Origin: Eubacteriales bacterium
Lineage (GTDB): Bacteria; Bacillota; Clostridia; Oscillospirales; CAG-272
Length of the DNA stretch: 64,000 nucleotides
Assembly: GCA_045659905.1 (NCBI GenBank)
Contig: JAZRCT010000012.1
Coordinates: 47,538 to 111,537 of the forward strand
Reading direction: 5' to 3'
This document shows, piece by piece, positions 40,854 to 51,715 of the stretch (its first letter is position 1; each line of letters opens with the position of its first letter). The position numbers were made by a program, and so were the translations under genes. The notes under the pieces were generated by a model that saw nothing but the letters and a program-made list of their open reading frames with translations, was not told the DNA's origin and searched no databases.

Positions 40854-43268
40854 TTAATTTGAGTAGGATTTTTCCTTATATTCAAAACGCATTTTATTGG
40901 ATTCGTCTATTGAAATTTCTATATTCAGCTTATTGTTTTCGTTCTTTAGTAGGAGTGCCGAGAGATTGTTTTCAATTTCGTTGGTTATTATACGGTTTAT
41001 AGGTCTGGCTCCGAGTGAAAATCCGTACGCCTTATTTGCTATATAGACGTATACCGCATCTTTTACGCTAAGCTCGATATCTATGGTTTTCAGACGTGAT
41101 TTTAGCTCATCTATCCTGTTTTTTGAGATTTTAGCAAGCGTTTCTATCGACAATGGCTCAAAGGGTATAATTTCATCAAGACGATTTATAAATTCGGTTT
41201 TAAAGCGAGTTTTAAGCTTTTCTATCAGTATTTTATCCTCGTTCGCTTCGTTTTTTATAAAACCGCCGATACTCCCTGAAAATCCCTCTGCTCCCACGTT
41301 TGAGGTCATTATAATTATACTGTTTCTGAAGCTTATTTTTCTGCCGGAGGAATCCGTAATAATACCGTCATCCATTATCTGGAGCATAAGGTTTATTACC
41401 TCATCCGACGCCTTTTCTATTTCGTCAAAGAGCACCACGCAATACGGCTGCCGTCTTATTCTTTCGGTAAGAAGTCCGCCGTCATCGTAGCCTACGTACC
41501 CCGGGGGTGAGCCGATGAGCTTAGCGGTAGAGTGCTTTTCTCCGTATTCCGACATATCAAAGCGAATAAGCGCATCCTCGCTTTTGAAAAGCGATATGCA
41601 AAGCGCCTTAGCAAGCTCCGTTTTACCGACACCGCTCTTTCCAATAAAGAGAAACGAGCCGCGCGGCTTCCTTGGGTCACTTATGCCGAATTTACCTCTC
41701 AGCACTGCACGTGACAATAGTTTTACCGCATTTGTCTGCCCAAGAACCCTTGAGTTCAGCTCATCTTCAAGATTATAATATACGTCCTTGTCGTTAAGAC
41801 CTATCGAGGGAATTCCTGTCATTTCGGCGATTATTTCCTTCACGTCCTCCTCACTCACGGTAGGTGTTATTTTTAAACTATCGTCATCCGGTAAGCGAGC
41901 TTCTAGTATAGAATCAAGCTGCGATTTTCTAAGAAATTCTGCTTTTTTGAAATCTTTATTTCTAACTGCCTCCTCTATCTTGTTAATATTCTGCCTGATA
42001 ATAAAATGAGAATTATCGATTTTATCGCTATTAATACGGGATTTAACGTTTGCTTTTGCGCAGGCCTCGTCTATTAGGTCAAGCGCCTTGTCAGGCAGGC
42101 GTCTGTCCTGTATATATCTTTGCGAAAGCGAAACGGACGACATAAGAGCACTATCGTCAATTTTCACCTTGTGATGGCTTTCGTATTTTTCTTTTAACTC
42201 TCTTAGGATATTAAGTGTAACTGCTTCTGTCGCTTCTTCAACCTTAAGCGGCTGAAATCTGCGCTCTAATGCAGGGTCTTTTTCAATGTATTTTCTGTAT
42301 TCGGTAAGTGTGGTAGCGCCTATCAGCTGTATTTGCCCTCTTGATAATTCGGGCTTTAAAATATTTGCAGCATCAATAGCGCCTTCTGCCGAGCCTGCGC
42401 CTACTATTGTGTGAATTTCGTCTATGAATAATATTATTGAATCATTTTTTGAGGCTTCGGCTATGATTGATTTGATTCTTTCTTCAAAATCACCTCGGTA
42501 TTTTGCGCCTGCCACCATAGAAGTAAGGTCTACAGAGTAGATTATCTTGTTTTTCAGTAAATCGGGAACGCTTCCCGATACTATACGGTTTGCAAGCCCT
42601 TCTACTATGGCGGTTTTTCCAACTCCCGCTTCGCCGATTAAACAGGGATTATTTTTGTTTCTGCGTGTAAGTATTCGTATGAGGCGCTCGGTTTCGTTAT
42701 CTCTGCCTATTACGGGGTCTATTTTTCCGTTTTTGGCGAGCAAATTGAGATTTTTTCCGTATTGATTTAAAAATTGAAGCGAATTATTCTTTTTGGTAGA
42801 TTCGGCTGATTTATCGGTAGCTCGCAGGAAGGTGACTATCTCGTCCCTGAGTGTAAGAATATCCTGCCCCATATAGTCGATAAGCTTATTTGCTACGCAA
42901 TCCCTTTCTTCCACAAGTGCAAGCAAAATATGCTCTGTTCCTATTTTGGAAGAGGAGTATTTTACGGAAATTCTATAGGAGTTTTCTACAATTTTACGGC
43001 ATCTTGGCGTCATATCCTTAGATGATAACGAGGTTTTTTCTCCGATTCCCGAATATTCCTCTATTGCTTCTCTTATTTTTTCTTTGGTTATGGAGCATTT
43101 TGTAAGAATTGCGTACGAGCAGCACAAGCTGTCTTCGGCGAGTGAACAGAAAATATGCTCGCTTCCAATGTAGGTATGACCGAAGCTTTCTGCTATTTTT
43201 ACCGCACCGTTAAGAGCCTTTTCGGCTTTTTCTGTAAATTTGCTACCCATAGTGAATATCCTTTTCAT
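40854..43268 (-). CDS. clpC: ATP-dependent Clp protease ATP-binding subunit ClpC
   Basis: Clp-N repeats, GEAGVGKT and GKSGVGKT Walker A motifs, LIGSPPGYVGY. Confidence 0.9.
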   Translation of the reverse strand: MKRIFTMGSKFTEKAEKALNGAVKIAESFGHTYIGSEHIFCSLAEDSLCCSYAILTKCSITKEKIREAIEEYSGIGEKTSLSSKDMTPRCRKIVENSYRISVKYSSSKIGTEHILLALVEERDCVANKLIDYMGQDILTLRDEIVTFLRATDKSAESTKKNNSLQFLNQYGKNLNLLAKNGKIDPVIGRDNETERLIRILTRRNKNNPCLIGEAGVGKTAIVEGLANRIVSGSVPDLLKNKIIYSVDLTSMVAGAKYRGDFEERIKSIIAEASKNDSIILFIDEIHTIVGAGSAEGAIDAANILKPELSRGQIQLIGATTLTEYRKYIEKDPALERRFQPLKVEEATEAVTLNILRELKEKYESHHKVKIDDSALMSSVSLSQRYIQDRRLPDKALDLIDEACAKANVKSRINSDKIDNSHFIIRQNINKIEEAVRNKDFKKAEFLRKSQLDSILEARLPDDDSLKITPTVSEEDVKEIIAEMTGIPSIGLNDKDVYYNLEDELNSRVLGQTNAVKLLSRAVLRGKFGISDPRKPRGSFLFIGKSGVGKTELAKALCISLFKSEDALIRFDMSEYGEKHSTAKLIGSPPGYVGYDDGGLLTERIRRQPYCVVLFDEIEKASDEVINLMLQIMDDGIITDSSGRKISFRNSIIIMTSNVGAEGFSGSIGGFIKNEANEDKILIEKLKTRFKTEFINRLDEIIPFEPLSIETLAKISKNRIDELKSRLKTIDIELSVKDAVYVYIANKAYGFSLGARPINRIITNEIENNLSALLLKNENNKLNIEISIDESNKMRFEYKEKSYSN

Positions 43269-43357
43269 ATGTTAAAATTACTCTTTCAGGCAAATTATAC
43301 CCATAAAAATTTATAATATTCACCCGAGGTTAAAGTATGCTGCCGATGTTCAGTCTA

Positions 43358-43888
43358 TCAATTTACGCTTAAGCTATATGATTTGAATCTTTTTGCTCTT
43401 TGTGCTTCTTCTAATATTCTAAGATAAATTTCGAGAGTTACTATGCCGCTTTCCTCTAAACCGAATACGGATTGCATAAACTTTACACCTTGCTCGGTGG
43501 CTCTTGAAAAAAAGCTTTCCTCTCGAACTGCAGGGATATCCTTATAAAATTCCCCAAGGGATAGGAGTGTGAGATTGAGAATCGACGTATATTCTCCGGT
43601 GCTGCCTAGCGACAAGTCGCCGTTCCAGAGCGGAACTTTGGATTCTCTGTCTCTCTTGCGCTTTATAGCGTAGTATTCCTCGTATATTCTATCAAAGGTT
43701 TCCTTATCCACCTCTCCGCTTGGGAAAAGTCCGCTTAGAGTCTGAAATTCTTTTACAGAAAGAGCAGTGTTTTCTGAGTAAATTCCGTCTACCGCGATTT
43801 TTAATCTTTCGGGATTTTCGTCACCGATTAGAAAAAGATATTTTTGTACCTCTCTTATAGCCATAATTTCGTTTTCAATTCGGTACAT
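43358..43888 (-). CDS. Peptidoglycan-binding domain protein
   Basis: Two PG_binding_1 repeats (VDGIY...VKEFQ...G.VD..T). Confidence 0.8.
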   Translation of the reverse strand: MYRIENEIMAIREVQKYLFLIGDENPERLKIAVDGIYSENTALSVKEFQTLSGLFPSGEVDKETFDRIYEEYYAIKRKRDRESKVPLWNGDLSLGSTGEYTSILNLTLLSLGEFYKDIPAVREESFFSRATEQGVKFMQSVFGLEESGIVTLEIYLRILEEAQRAKRFKSYSLSVN

Positions 43889-43892
43889 ATTA

Positions 43893-45293
43893 TTACCCCC
43901 TTATCGTATATCCCGGGAACTGCCCCTCGTTTACCGTGCCGCCAAGATATAAATCCTCATAAATGTCGGTAATGCTTTTCCAAGTGTCAGCGCCTACTCG
44001 CTCGGGGTTGCCGGGGAGATTAAATCTCGTCTTAAACGCCCTTACCTGAGAGGCGGTAGCAGGACCGAATATACCGTCAGGATTTACTTTAGGAATTTCC
44101 GTAAAGGTATTTCCTATAAAATTCAAATATTCCTGTAAGGCTCGCACGTCCTCACCCGTCACACCCTCCGTAAGTATTCTTCCGCCGTAGGGAAGCGTCA
44201 CGCCCTCTCGGAATTCATAGTCTACGGCAGAAAGCGTGTTGTAATAGGTATTCTGAATGGCATTCCATAAAGCTCTGTCTACAACTCCGTCCGGGGTAAA
44301 GCCGTAGGTGTTCTGGAATGAGATAACCGCATTTTCGGTGTTTTGACCGAATATTCCGTCAGGTACTACCGATTGCACCGTTGGAACAAACAGTGAGATA
44401 TATTCAAGATAGTACTGTAATACGAGCGTTCCTGTCGATTCGTTACCAAGGCTTAGTTCGCCGGGATATATCTGAGGCAAATCTCCATATTTAAGCCCTT
44501 CAGAATTTACGGTATACAAATTTTTTACAGCGTTGTATATAAACTGTATTTTGAACCATGTTGCGCTTCCTACTATACCGTCCGGGGTAAGCCCGAATAC
44601 GTTTTGAAATTCGATTACGGCGTTCTTGGTGCTCTCGCCGAAAAATCCGTCGGTTGGCGTAATTTTCGGAATCGCAGGATAGTTTTGAGATATGCGATTC
44701 AGCCGTAGCTGTATGCTTTCAACGTCCCTGCCCGTATCACCCTGCTTAAGCGGAGAGGGCGGGGGACTGAGAGTAATATTTTCTACGGGCGCATTGCTTA
44801 CTATTTCAACGTCGCTGCCGAAATATTGCCTTAAAATACTTAGGTAATCAGCTCCCTGATTGGCAAGCTGCACCGAGCCCCATTGGGATAATCCGTCGCA
44901 CGTAACCTCGATTCCGTCGCAAAAGGTAGCAAAAAGTGGCTCTATAAAGCCCTCTCGCCTTATATAGCTGTTAAAAATCTCATTTACAATTGTGTCTATG
45001 GTGTCGAATATATCTCTTTGATATACGAATGATTGGTCGATTGTGGTAGACGAGGTAATATCAAAGTCGTATCCTCGGCTTCGGTAATATTCCGTGTATA
45101 CTCTGTTGAGGGCTACCGATATCTGCGCAAGTATATTAGCCTTCAAGGATTCACTTGGCCAGGTGGGATAAATTTCGCTTGAGGCTACGTTTTTTATGTA
45201 GTCGACGAAATTAACGGTAACGTTTTCGGCAGGCTCGTCGGGAGCGCCGAGATGCACTACTATTTTTTCTGGTATTACAGGCGTTTCAGGCAT
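43893..45293 (-). CDS. sleC: SleC-type spore cortex-lytic enzyme, mature-domain only, with PG-binding repeats
   Basis: PVIPEKIVVHLG, YIKNVASSEIYPTWP, FCDG...C..LSQWGS, three PG-binding repeats. Confidence 0.8.
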   Translation of the reverse strand: MPETPVIPEKIVVHLGAPDEPAENVTVNFVDYIKNVASSEIYPTWPSESLKANILAQISVALNRVYTEYYRSRGYDFDITSSTTIDQSFVYQRDIFDTIDTIVNEIFNSYIRREGFIEPLFATFCDGIEVTCDGLSQWGSVQLANQGADYLSILRQYFGSDVEIVSNAPVENITLSPPPSPLKQGDTGRDVESIQLRLNRISQNYPAIPKITPTDGFFGESTKNAVIEFQNVFGLTPDGIVGSATWFKIQFIYNAVKNLYTVNSEGLKYGDLPQIYPGELSLGNESTGTLVLQYYLEYISLFVPTVQSVVPDGIFGQNTENAVISFQNTYGFTPDGVVDRALWNAIQNTYYNTLSAVDYEFREGVTLPYGGRILTEGVTGEDVRALQEYLNFIGNTFTEIPKVNPDGIFGPATASQVRAFKTRFNLPGNPERVGADTWKSITDIYEDLYLGGTVNEGQFPGYTIRG

Positions 45294-45721
45294 TATTCCA
45301 GCTCCTCGTTTTCATAGCTTATTGAAAAATTGCTGTTGTTTGGCGGGGTTACGTTATTTACTATTCCTGCATCAGGAATCATCTGAAGCGGCAATATTGA
45401 GAGTATACCGCTAAAGATTGCTACGTTTAAAATTTTCTTTGGATAATATCCTTCTGCTATCGCTTCTATATCGTAGGTAGCGTAGGGCTGTTCCTTGGGA
45501 TTCGGAGCTTGCGACAGCGTCACGGATGGGGCGGGGAGCGATATTTTTTCGCTAAGACCGCTTCTTCCTGTCACGGTCACCCGTTCCACACCAAGATTAT
45601 ACGAGTCGTTGCCGCTTATGCGTACGGTTACGAACGGTGTGGGCATTGCTTCATAGGCGGAATATGCTTTGATTTGAAGATACCCTGTCGAGGAGTATTC
45701 GTTGCTCATATTTTTCTTCAC
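45293..45721 (-). CDS. Stand-alone homologue of the SleC N-terminal pre-domain (carboxypeptidase-regulatory-like fold)
   Basis: GYLQI...SG...LPAP...SQ.P...PYATYDIEAIAEGY motif; TAATG coupling to the catalytic ORF. Confidence 0.75.
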   Translation of the reverse strand: MKKNMSNEYSSTGYLQIKAYSAYEAMPTPFVTVRISGNDSYNLGVERVTVTGRSGLSEKISLPAPSVTLSQAPNPKEQPYATYDIEAIAEGYYPKKILNVAIFSGILSILPLQMIPDAGIVNNVTPPNNSNFSISYENEELE

Positions 45722-45936
45722 TTTCTTGTTTATTTTTTATAACAATATTCGATATTTATTTACTCAATTGAACAAATTGCTTTATTTACCGTCATAGCTC
45801 GATTTTTCGCTTGACTTTAGAGTAAATATGTATTATAATAATAGTGTCTTGATATCACGGCGGTGCTATATCATATGGTATGCCGTTTTATTGCTTTTGA
45901 CACTGCACAATTTAATCAAATATCAGGGGTGTAAAA

Positions 45937-47079
45937 ATGAAGGAAAGTTTATACGGCGAGCTTAGCGTTATCGGAATGAGAGGCTGCGAGGAATTCACCG
46001 AGCAGGTAGATTCTTATCTTAAGGATTGGAGAAGACACGATCAGGAGGGCTCGTTCCTCGTTGATTGCTCTTGTCCCAGATTTGGAAGCGGTGAGGGTAA
46101 GGGCGCTCTTCATCAGTCGCTTCGCGGAAACGACGTCTATATCATTTGCGACGTTTTCAATCACGGTGTTACTTATAATATGTACGGCAAGACCGTTCCG
46201 ATGTCACCTGACGATCATTTTCAGGATATTAAGCGAATCATAGGCGCAATAGGCGGTAAGGCGCGTAGAATCAGCGTTATAATGCCTATGCTTTACGAGG
46301 GAAGACAGCACAAGAGAGCGAGCAGAGAATCGCTTGACTGCGCTCTTGCGCTTCAGGAGCTGGTAAATATGGGTATTACGAACATCATTACCTTTGATGC
46401 TCACGACCCAAGAGTTCAGAATGCTATCCCGCTCAGCGGCTTTGAAAACGTACGCTCCTCCTATCAGATGATAAAGTCGCTCCTTAAAGAATACGACGAT
46501 ATCGATATAGACCCCGAAAAGCTTATGATTATATCTCCCGACGAAGGCGGTATGGCTAAATGTATGTATTATTCGTCGGTTATGGGCATTGACCTCGGTA
46601 CGTTCTACAAGCGCCGTGATTATTCGGTTATTATAAACGGTAAAAATCCCATCGTAGCTCACGAGTATCTCGGAAGAGATGTTGCCGGTAAGGACGTTAT
46701 TGTTGTTGACGATATGATTTCCTCGGGCGATTCTATCATAGACGTTGCAAAGCAGCTCAAGGAAAAGGGAGCTAACCGTATTTTCGTATTTGCTACCTTC
46801 GGTCTTTTCTGCAACGGTCTTGATACCCTTGACAAGGCATACGCTGAAGGCGCATTTACCAAGATTTTTACTACCAACCTTGTATACAGAACTCCCGAGC
46901 TTCTCGAGCGTGAGTGGTATTCCGAGGTTAATATGTGCAAGTACGTTGCATACATTATCGACACTCTTAACCACGATCGTACGATAAGCCAGCTTCTCGA
47001 CCAGTCGAAGAAGATTCACGTTAAGCTCGAACAGTATAATAAGAGCAAGTCGAATAAGAATAGCAAAAAGAAAAAGTGA
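45937..47079 (+). CDS. prs: Ribose-phosphate pyrophosphokinase (clostridial type)
   Basis: RFGSGEGK, YEGRQH, SPDEGG, VVDDMISSGDS. Confidence 0.93.
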   Translation: MKESLYGELSVIGMRGCEEFTEQVDSYLKDWRRHDQEGSFLVDCSCPRFGSGEGKGALHQSLRGNDVYIICDVFNHGVTYNMYGKTVPMSPDDHFQDIKRIIGAIGGKARRISVIMPMLYEGRQHKRASRESLDCALALQELVNMGITNIITFDAHDPRVQNAIPLSGFENVRSSYQMIKSLLKEYDDIDIDPEKLMIISPDEGGMAKCMYYSSVMGIDLGTFYKRRDYSVIINGKNPIVAHEYLGRDVAGKDVIVVDDMISSGDSIIDVAKQLKEKGANRIFVFATFGLFCNGLDTLDKAYAEGAFTKIFTTNLVYRTPELLEREWYSEVNMCKYVAYIIDTLNHDRTISQLLDQSKKIHVKLEQYNKSKSNKNSKKKK

Positions 47080-47154
47080 TTTTGATTATTCCGCCTCGTT
47101 TCTTACAAATTTACGGGGCGGAAGTTTTTTAAAGCTGGAAGGGAGGGGATTTCT

Positions 47155-47571
47155 TTGAGAATTACGCTTGAAAGCGACTATGCGTTAAGAATAGTCGGCG
47201 AGCTTGCGCAAATAAATAATATAGTAGATGCTAAGACTATTTCAGAGAGGACCTTCGTTACACAGAAATTTGCGCTCAAAATTTTACACAAGCTGGTCAA
47301 GGGCGGCATCGTTGCATCGCATAAGGGAGCTAAGGGCGGCTACGAGCTTAATAAATCGCCGGATAATATTACCTTAAAGCAGGTAATTGAGCTTATAGAC
47401 GGACCTATCGCAATAGTAAGATGCCTTGAAAGTTCCGAATGCTGCTCTATGAATAGCGATAAGAGCAGCTGTATGTATCATCATATTTTTGACAAAATCA
47501 GCTTTGAGGTCGCAATGAAGCTTGAAAGCATTACGATAAGCGATGTTTTAAGTAAAAGATATGAAATTTGA
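47155..47571 (+). CDS. Rrf2 family transcriptional regulator
   Basis: DYALR, KGAKGGYEL, C-terminal Cys cluster. Confidence 0.92.
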   Translation: MRITLESDYALRIVGELAQINNIVDAKTISERTFVTQKFALKILHKLVKGGIVASHKGAKGGYELNKSPDNITLKQVIELIDGPIAIVRCLESSECCSMNSDKSSCMYHHIFDKISFEVAMKLESITISDVLSKRYEI

Positions 47572-47626
47572 TTTTGGAATATTTTTTGAAAACAATACTT
47601 CATTATAAATAACCTTGGAGAAATAA

Positions 47627-48541
47627 ATGCTTAGAATAACTAAAATTTCATTCCCCGGACTTGGTATTGGGGAATTTGAGGTTGATAGCGTCGCTATGTC
47701 GCCCTTTGGAATCGATATAGCCTGGTATGCGTTGATTATTACCTTTGGTATGATAGCCTGCGTTGCCTTTGCCTGCTATATGGCAAACAGAATAGGGGTA
47801 GATTACGAGCATATACTTGATATGGCTATTTTTACGATAACCTCGGGAATTATTGGCGCAAGACTTTATTACGTAATGATTGAGCACGACAAATTTTCGA
47901 GCTTTGCCGAAATTATAGACATCAGAAGCGGCGGAATGGCAATATACGGCGGAATTATAGGCGGCGCTATTGCGGTGTATCTGGTATGCAGATTTAAAAA
48001 GCTGAGATTTAAGGTTGTAGCAGATTTTGTTTATCCAGGCGTTATGCTGGCTCAGGCGATAGGCAGATGGGGTAACTTTATGAATGCCGAGGCTTACGGC
48101 TGCGCTACTACGCTTCCTTGGCGTATGCGGTTATCAAGGTATTCCTCGGCTTTTATTGACAGGATGCTTGAGCAGGGTTATACGCAGGAAATGCTGGCAT
48201 CAGGAGAAATAGGAGCTCATCCGACCTTCCTTTATGAATCGCTTTGGAATATTATTGGCTTTTGTGTGCTTATCTTCGTTCTATACAAGAGAAGACAGTA
48301 TGACGGACAGATTTATTATCTCGGCGCAGCATATTACGGTCTTGGCAGATTTATGATAGAGAGCCTCAGAACAGACAGTATGTTCGTCGGCGAAATAAGA
48401 ACCAACCAGATAATAGCTATCACCGCTTTCGTGGTTTATACGGCGCTTTTGATTTACAATGCAATCAAGAAAACAAATAGACATGAGCCTGCTTGGATTG
48501 TCGAGCCTACGAAAAAAGAAAAAAAGAAAGTTGAGTCTTGA
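47627..48541 (+). CDS. lgt: Prolipoprotein diacylglyceryl transferase
   Basis: GARLYYV, GGMAIYGG, QAIGRWGNF, HPTFLYES. Confidence 0.96.
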   Translation: MLRITKISFPGLGIGEFEVDSVAMSPFGIDIAWYALIITFGMIACVAFACYMANRIGVDYEHILDMAIFTITSGIIGARLYYVMIEHDKFSSFAEIIDIRSGGMAIYGGIIGGAIAVYLVCRFKKLRFKVVADFVYPGVMLAQAIGRWGNFMNAEAYGCATTLPWRMRLSRYSSAFIDRMLEQGYTQEMLASGEIGAHPTFLYESLWNIIGFCVLIFVLYKRRQYDGQIYYLGAAYYGLGRFMIESLRTDSMFVGEIRTNQIIAITAFVVYTALLIYNAIKKTNRHEPAWIVEPTKKEKKKVES

Positions 48542-48544
48542 TTT

Positions 48545-49402
48545 ATGACGCTTATAGAAGGAAAAAAGGTTAGTGAGGCGTTAAGAACCGCACTTAAGGA
48601 AAAAACAGCCGTCATCAAGGAAAATTACGGCGTAGCCCCGGGGCTTGCCGTAATTCTCGTGGGCGAGGACCCTGCCTCTACCGTATACGTGCGCAATAAG
48701 GAGCGTGCCTGCGTTGAGCTTGGATATCATTCGGAGGTGTATAGACTTCCGGCAGCAACAAGCGAAGCAGAGCTTCTTTCACTTATAGACAGACTTAATA
48801 ATGATAAAAAAATCCACGGAATTCTGTGTCAGCTTCCGCTTCCGTCTCATATCTCTGATGAGAAGGTTATTTTAGCGATTTCGCCAGAAAAGGACGTCGA
48901 TGCCTTTCACCCTGTCAACGTAGGTCATATTATGGAGGGTAAATACAGCTTTCTTCCTTGCACTCCCGCAGGAGTAATGGAGCTGCTTAAGTTTTATAAT
49001 ATTGACGTTGTTGGAAAAGAGTGCGTGGTTGTCGGCAGGAGCAATATAGTAGGAAAGCCTATGGCAATGCTTCTTCTTAATGCGAGCGGTACCGTTACGG
49101 TCTGTCACTCCAGGACGAAGAATCTTAAGGACACCTGCCAAAGAGCCGACATTATAGTAGTGGCGGTAGGGAAGCCTGCTTTTTTAACGGCAGATATGGT
49201 AAAAGAGGGCGCTGTTGTTATCGACGTAGGCATTAACCGTCTTGATAACGGTAAGCTTTGCGGCGACGTGGATTTTGATGAGGTAAGTAAGCTTGCTTCA
49301 TATATTACACCTGTGCCGGGCGGAGTAGGTCCTATGACTATTACTATGCTTATGGAAAACACGCTTAACGCATTTTTGAAAATTGAAAATATAAAAATTT
49401 AA
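48545..49402 (+). CDS. folD: Methylenetetrahydrofolate dehydrogenase/cyclohydrolase
   Basis: [35 protein letters not shown]. Confidence 0.97.
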   Translation: MTLIEGKKVSEALRTALKEKTAVIKENYGVAPGLAVILVGEDPASTVYVRNKERACVELGYHSEVYRLPAATSEAELLSLIDRLNNDKKIHGILCQLPLPSHISDEKVILAISPEKDVDAFHPVNVGHIMEGKYSFLPCTPAGVMELLKFYNIDVVGKECVVVGRSNIVGKPMAMLLLNASGTVTVCHSRTKNLKDTCQRADIIVVAVGKPAFLTADMVKEGAVVIDVGINRLDNGKLCGDVDFDEVSKLASYITPVPGGVGPMTITMLMENTLNAFLKIENIKI

Positions 49403-49495
49403 AAAAGACTTGACAAACAGCTTTTAATAACTTATAATATATGAGTAAATTATGAGATTGTATCTCTTTGCAAAGCGAAGGGAGGGGAAATAAAG

Positions 49496-49672
49496 ATGGC
49501 AGAAATTAGAGTAAAAGAAAATGAATCTCTTGATAGCGCACTTCGTCGTTTCAAAAGACAGTGCGTTAAGTCGGGCGTCCTTTCGGAGCTTCGCAAGAGA
49601 GAGCATTATGAGAAGCCCAGCGTAAAGCGCAAGAAGAAGTCTGAGGCTGCAAGAAAAAGAAAGTATAAGTAA
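49496..49672 (+). CDS. rpsU: 30S ribosomal protein S21
   Basis: Hand translation [58 protein letters not shown]. Confidence 0.97.
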   Translation: MAEIRVKENESLDSALRRFKRQCVKSGVLSELRKREHYEKPSVKRKKKSEAARKRKYK

Positions 49673-49792
49673 TTCAAAAACCGCACTTTTCGTGCGGTTT
49701 TTTGTCTTTCTTAGGTAAATCAATGATTATTTCATTGACAAAATGCAAAATATTTAATATAATTAATATATAAAAACTTATGGAGTACGAAT

Positions 49793-50848
49793 ATGAATAT
49801 GAAGCTTTCATTTCGCTGGTATGGCGATAGCGATCCCATTTCACTCGAATATATCTCGCAGATTCCTGGTATGCGTTCAATCGTATCTGCCGTTTACGAC
49901 GTAAAGCCCGGTGAGGTATGGGGAGAGGATTCCCTCAAAAAGATGAAGGAGCAGTGCGAAAGCCACGGTCTTATTTTTGACGTGGTAGAGTCTATTCCCG
50001 TATCCGAGGACATTAAGCTCGGCAGAAATGACGTGGACAAGCTTATCGACGTTTACTGTGAAAATATAAGAAGATGCGCTAAATACGGCGTAAAGTGCGT
50101 TACTTATAATTTTATGCCGGTGTTTGACTGGACTCGCACTCAGCTTGACAAAAAAGCGCCCGACGGCTCTACAAGCCTCGTAATGTATTGGGACCAGATG
50201 CGAGGACTTGACCCTCTTAAGGACGATATACATCTTCCGGGCTGGGATTCGAGCTATACTCAGGACGAGGTTCGTGAGCTTATCAGTGCTTACGGCGAGC
50301 TTGGCGAGGAGGGGCTTTGGAGAAATCTTGAAAAATTCCTCAAAAAGGTTATACCCGTAGCGGAGGAATGCGGTGTAAGAATGGCTATCCATCCCGATGA
50401 CCCGCCTTATCCTATCTTCGGTATTCCGAGAATTATTACCTGCGAGGAAAATCTTGACAGATTCCTCAAGATAGTTGACAGCCCTGCTAATAGCCTTTGT
50501 CTTTGCACCGGTAGCCTTGGCTGCGCCAAGTCTAACGACATTGTAAAAATGGTAGAAAAGTATGCATCGCAGGATCGTATAGCTTTTATGCATATACGCA
50601 ACGTAAAGATTATGGACGACGGCTCTTTTGAGGAGCGTGCGCACCTTTCTTCCTGCGGCTCGCTTGATATTTACGAGATTGTAAAGGCGCTTGTAAAGTG
50701 CGGTTACGACGGATACGTACGTCCTGACCACGGCAGAATGATTTGGGGCGAGAGCGGAAAGCCCGGATACGGTCTCTTTGACAGAGCGCTTGGAGCTACC
50801 TATATCAACGGCCTTTTCGAGGCTCTCGAGAAGGAATACAATAAATAA
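49793..50848 (+). CDS. uxuA: Mannonate dehydratase
   Basis: FRWYG, YNFMPVFDWTRT, HPDDPP, RPDHGR, DRALGATY. Confidence 0.96.
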   Translation: MNMKLSFRWYGDSDPISLEYISQIPGMRSIVSAVYDVKPGEVWGEDSLKKMKEQCESHGLIFDVVESIPVSEDIKLGRNDVDKLIDVYCENIRRCAKYGVKCVTYNFMPVFDWTRTQLDKKAPDGSTSLVMYWDQMRGLDPLKDDIHLPGWDSSYTQDEVRELISAYGELGEEGLWRNLEKFLKKVIPVAEECGVRMAIHPDDPPYPIFGIPRIITCEENLDRFLKIVDSPANSLCLCTGSLGCAKSNDIVKMVEKYASQDRIAFMHIRNVKIMDDGSFEERAHLSSCGSLDIYEIVKALVKCGYDGYVRPDHGRMIWGESGKPGYGLFDRALGATYINGLFEALEKEYNK

Positions 50849-50863
50849 TCGGAGGGACTTAAA

Positions 50864-51715
50864 ATGAATACCAATTGCTTAAATACAGATCTTACGGGCA
50901 AGGTTGCCGTAGTTACGGGAGCGGGCGGTGTGCTTTGCAGCTATTTTGCTAAGGTTTTAGCACGTGCTGGTGCAAAGGTTGCGCTGCTTGACCTTAATTA
51001 TGATGCAGCAAAGGCGTTTGCTGATGAAATTGTGGCAGAGGGCGGCGTTGCTAAGGCTTATTCCTGCAACGTTCTTGATAAGGATATTTGCTATTCGGTA
51101 GCCGACGAGGTATTGTCCGACCTTGGTCCTTGCGACGTTCTCGTCAACGGTGCGGGGGGAAATAATCCCAGAGCTACTACCGACAAGGAATATTTCGAGC
51201 TTGGCGATATTGATGCGGATACAAAGTCCTTCTTCGACCTTGATGCATCAGGCGTAGGCTTCGTATTTAATCTTAATTTCCTTGGCACTTTGATTCCTAC
51301 GCAGGCGTTTGCAAGGCAGATGGTAGGTAGAGAAGGCTGCAATATCCTCAATATTTCTTCTATGAATGCCTATACGCCTCTTACCAAAATACCTGCTTAT
51401 TCGGGCGCAAAGGCTGCAATTTCCAACTTCACGCAGTGGCTGGCGGTTCATTTTTCGAAGGTTGGCATAAGAGTAAATGCAATAGCCCCCGGATTCTTTG
51501 CTACCAAGCAGAACGCAAAGCTTCTTTTCAACGATGACGGCACTCCTACTGCAAGGACTGGAAAAATACTTGCCGCTACTCCTATGGGCAGATTCGGAGA
51601 AAGCGAAGAGCTTGAGGGCGGACTTCTGTTTTTGGTAAATAATAAGGCGGCGGGCTTTATTACAGGCGTAGTTCTTCCCATTGACGGTGGATTTTCTGCA
51701 TATTCCGGCGTGTAA
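50864..51715 (+). CDS. uxuB: D-mannonate oxidoreductase (SDR family)
   Basis: TGAGGVL, NGAGGN, PAYSGAK; adjacent to uxuA. Confidence 0.85.
   Translation: MNTNCLNTDLTGKVAVVTGAGGVLCSYFAKVLARAGAKVALLDLNYDAAKAFADEIVAEGGVAKAYSCNVLDKDICYSVADEVLSDLGPCDVLVNGAGGNNPRATTDKEYFELGDIDADTKSFFDLDASGVGFVFNLNFLGTLIPTQAFARQMVGREGCNILNISSMNAYTPLTKIPAYSGAKAAISNFTQWLAVHFSKVGIRVNAIAPGFFATKQNAKLLFNDDGTPTARTGKILAATPMGRFGESEELEGGLLFLVNNKAAGFITGVVLPIDGGFSAYSGV

Noticed and set aside
46204-50731. Long antisense ORFs (271 aa opposite prs, 284 aa opposite uxuA) and similar shadows of rplA/rplK
   Set aside because: Antisense shadows of conserved genes with biased codon usage.
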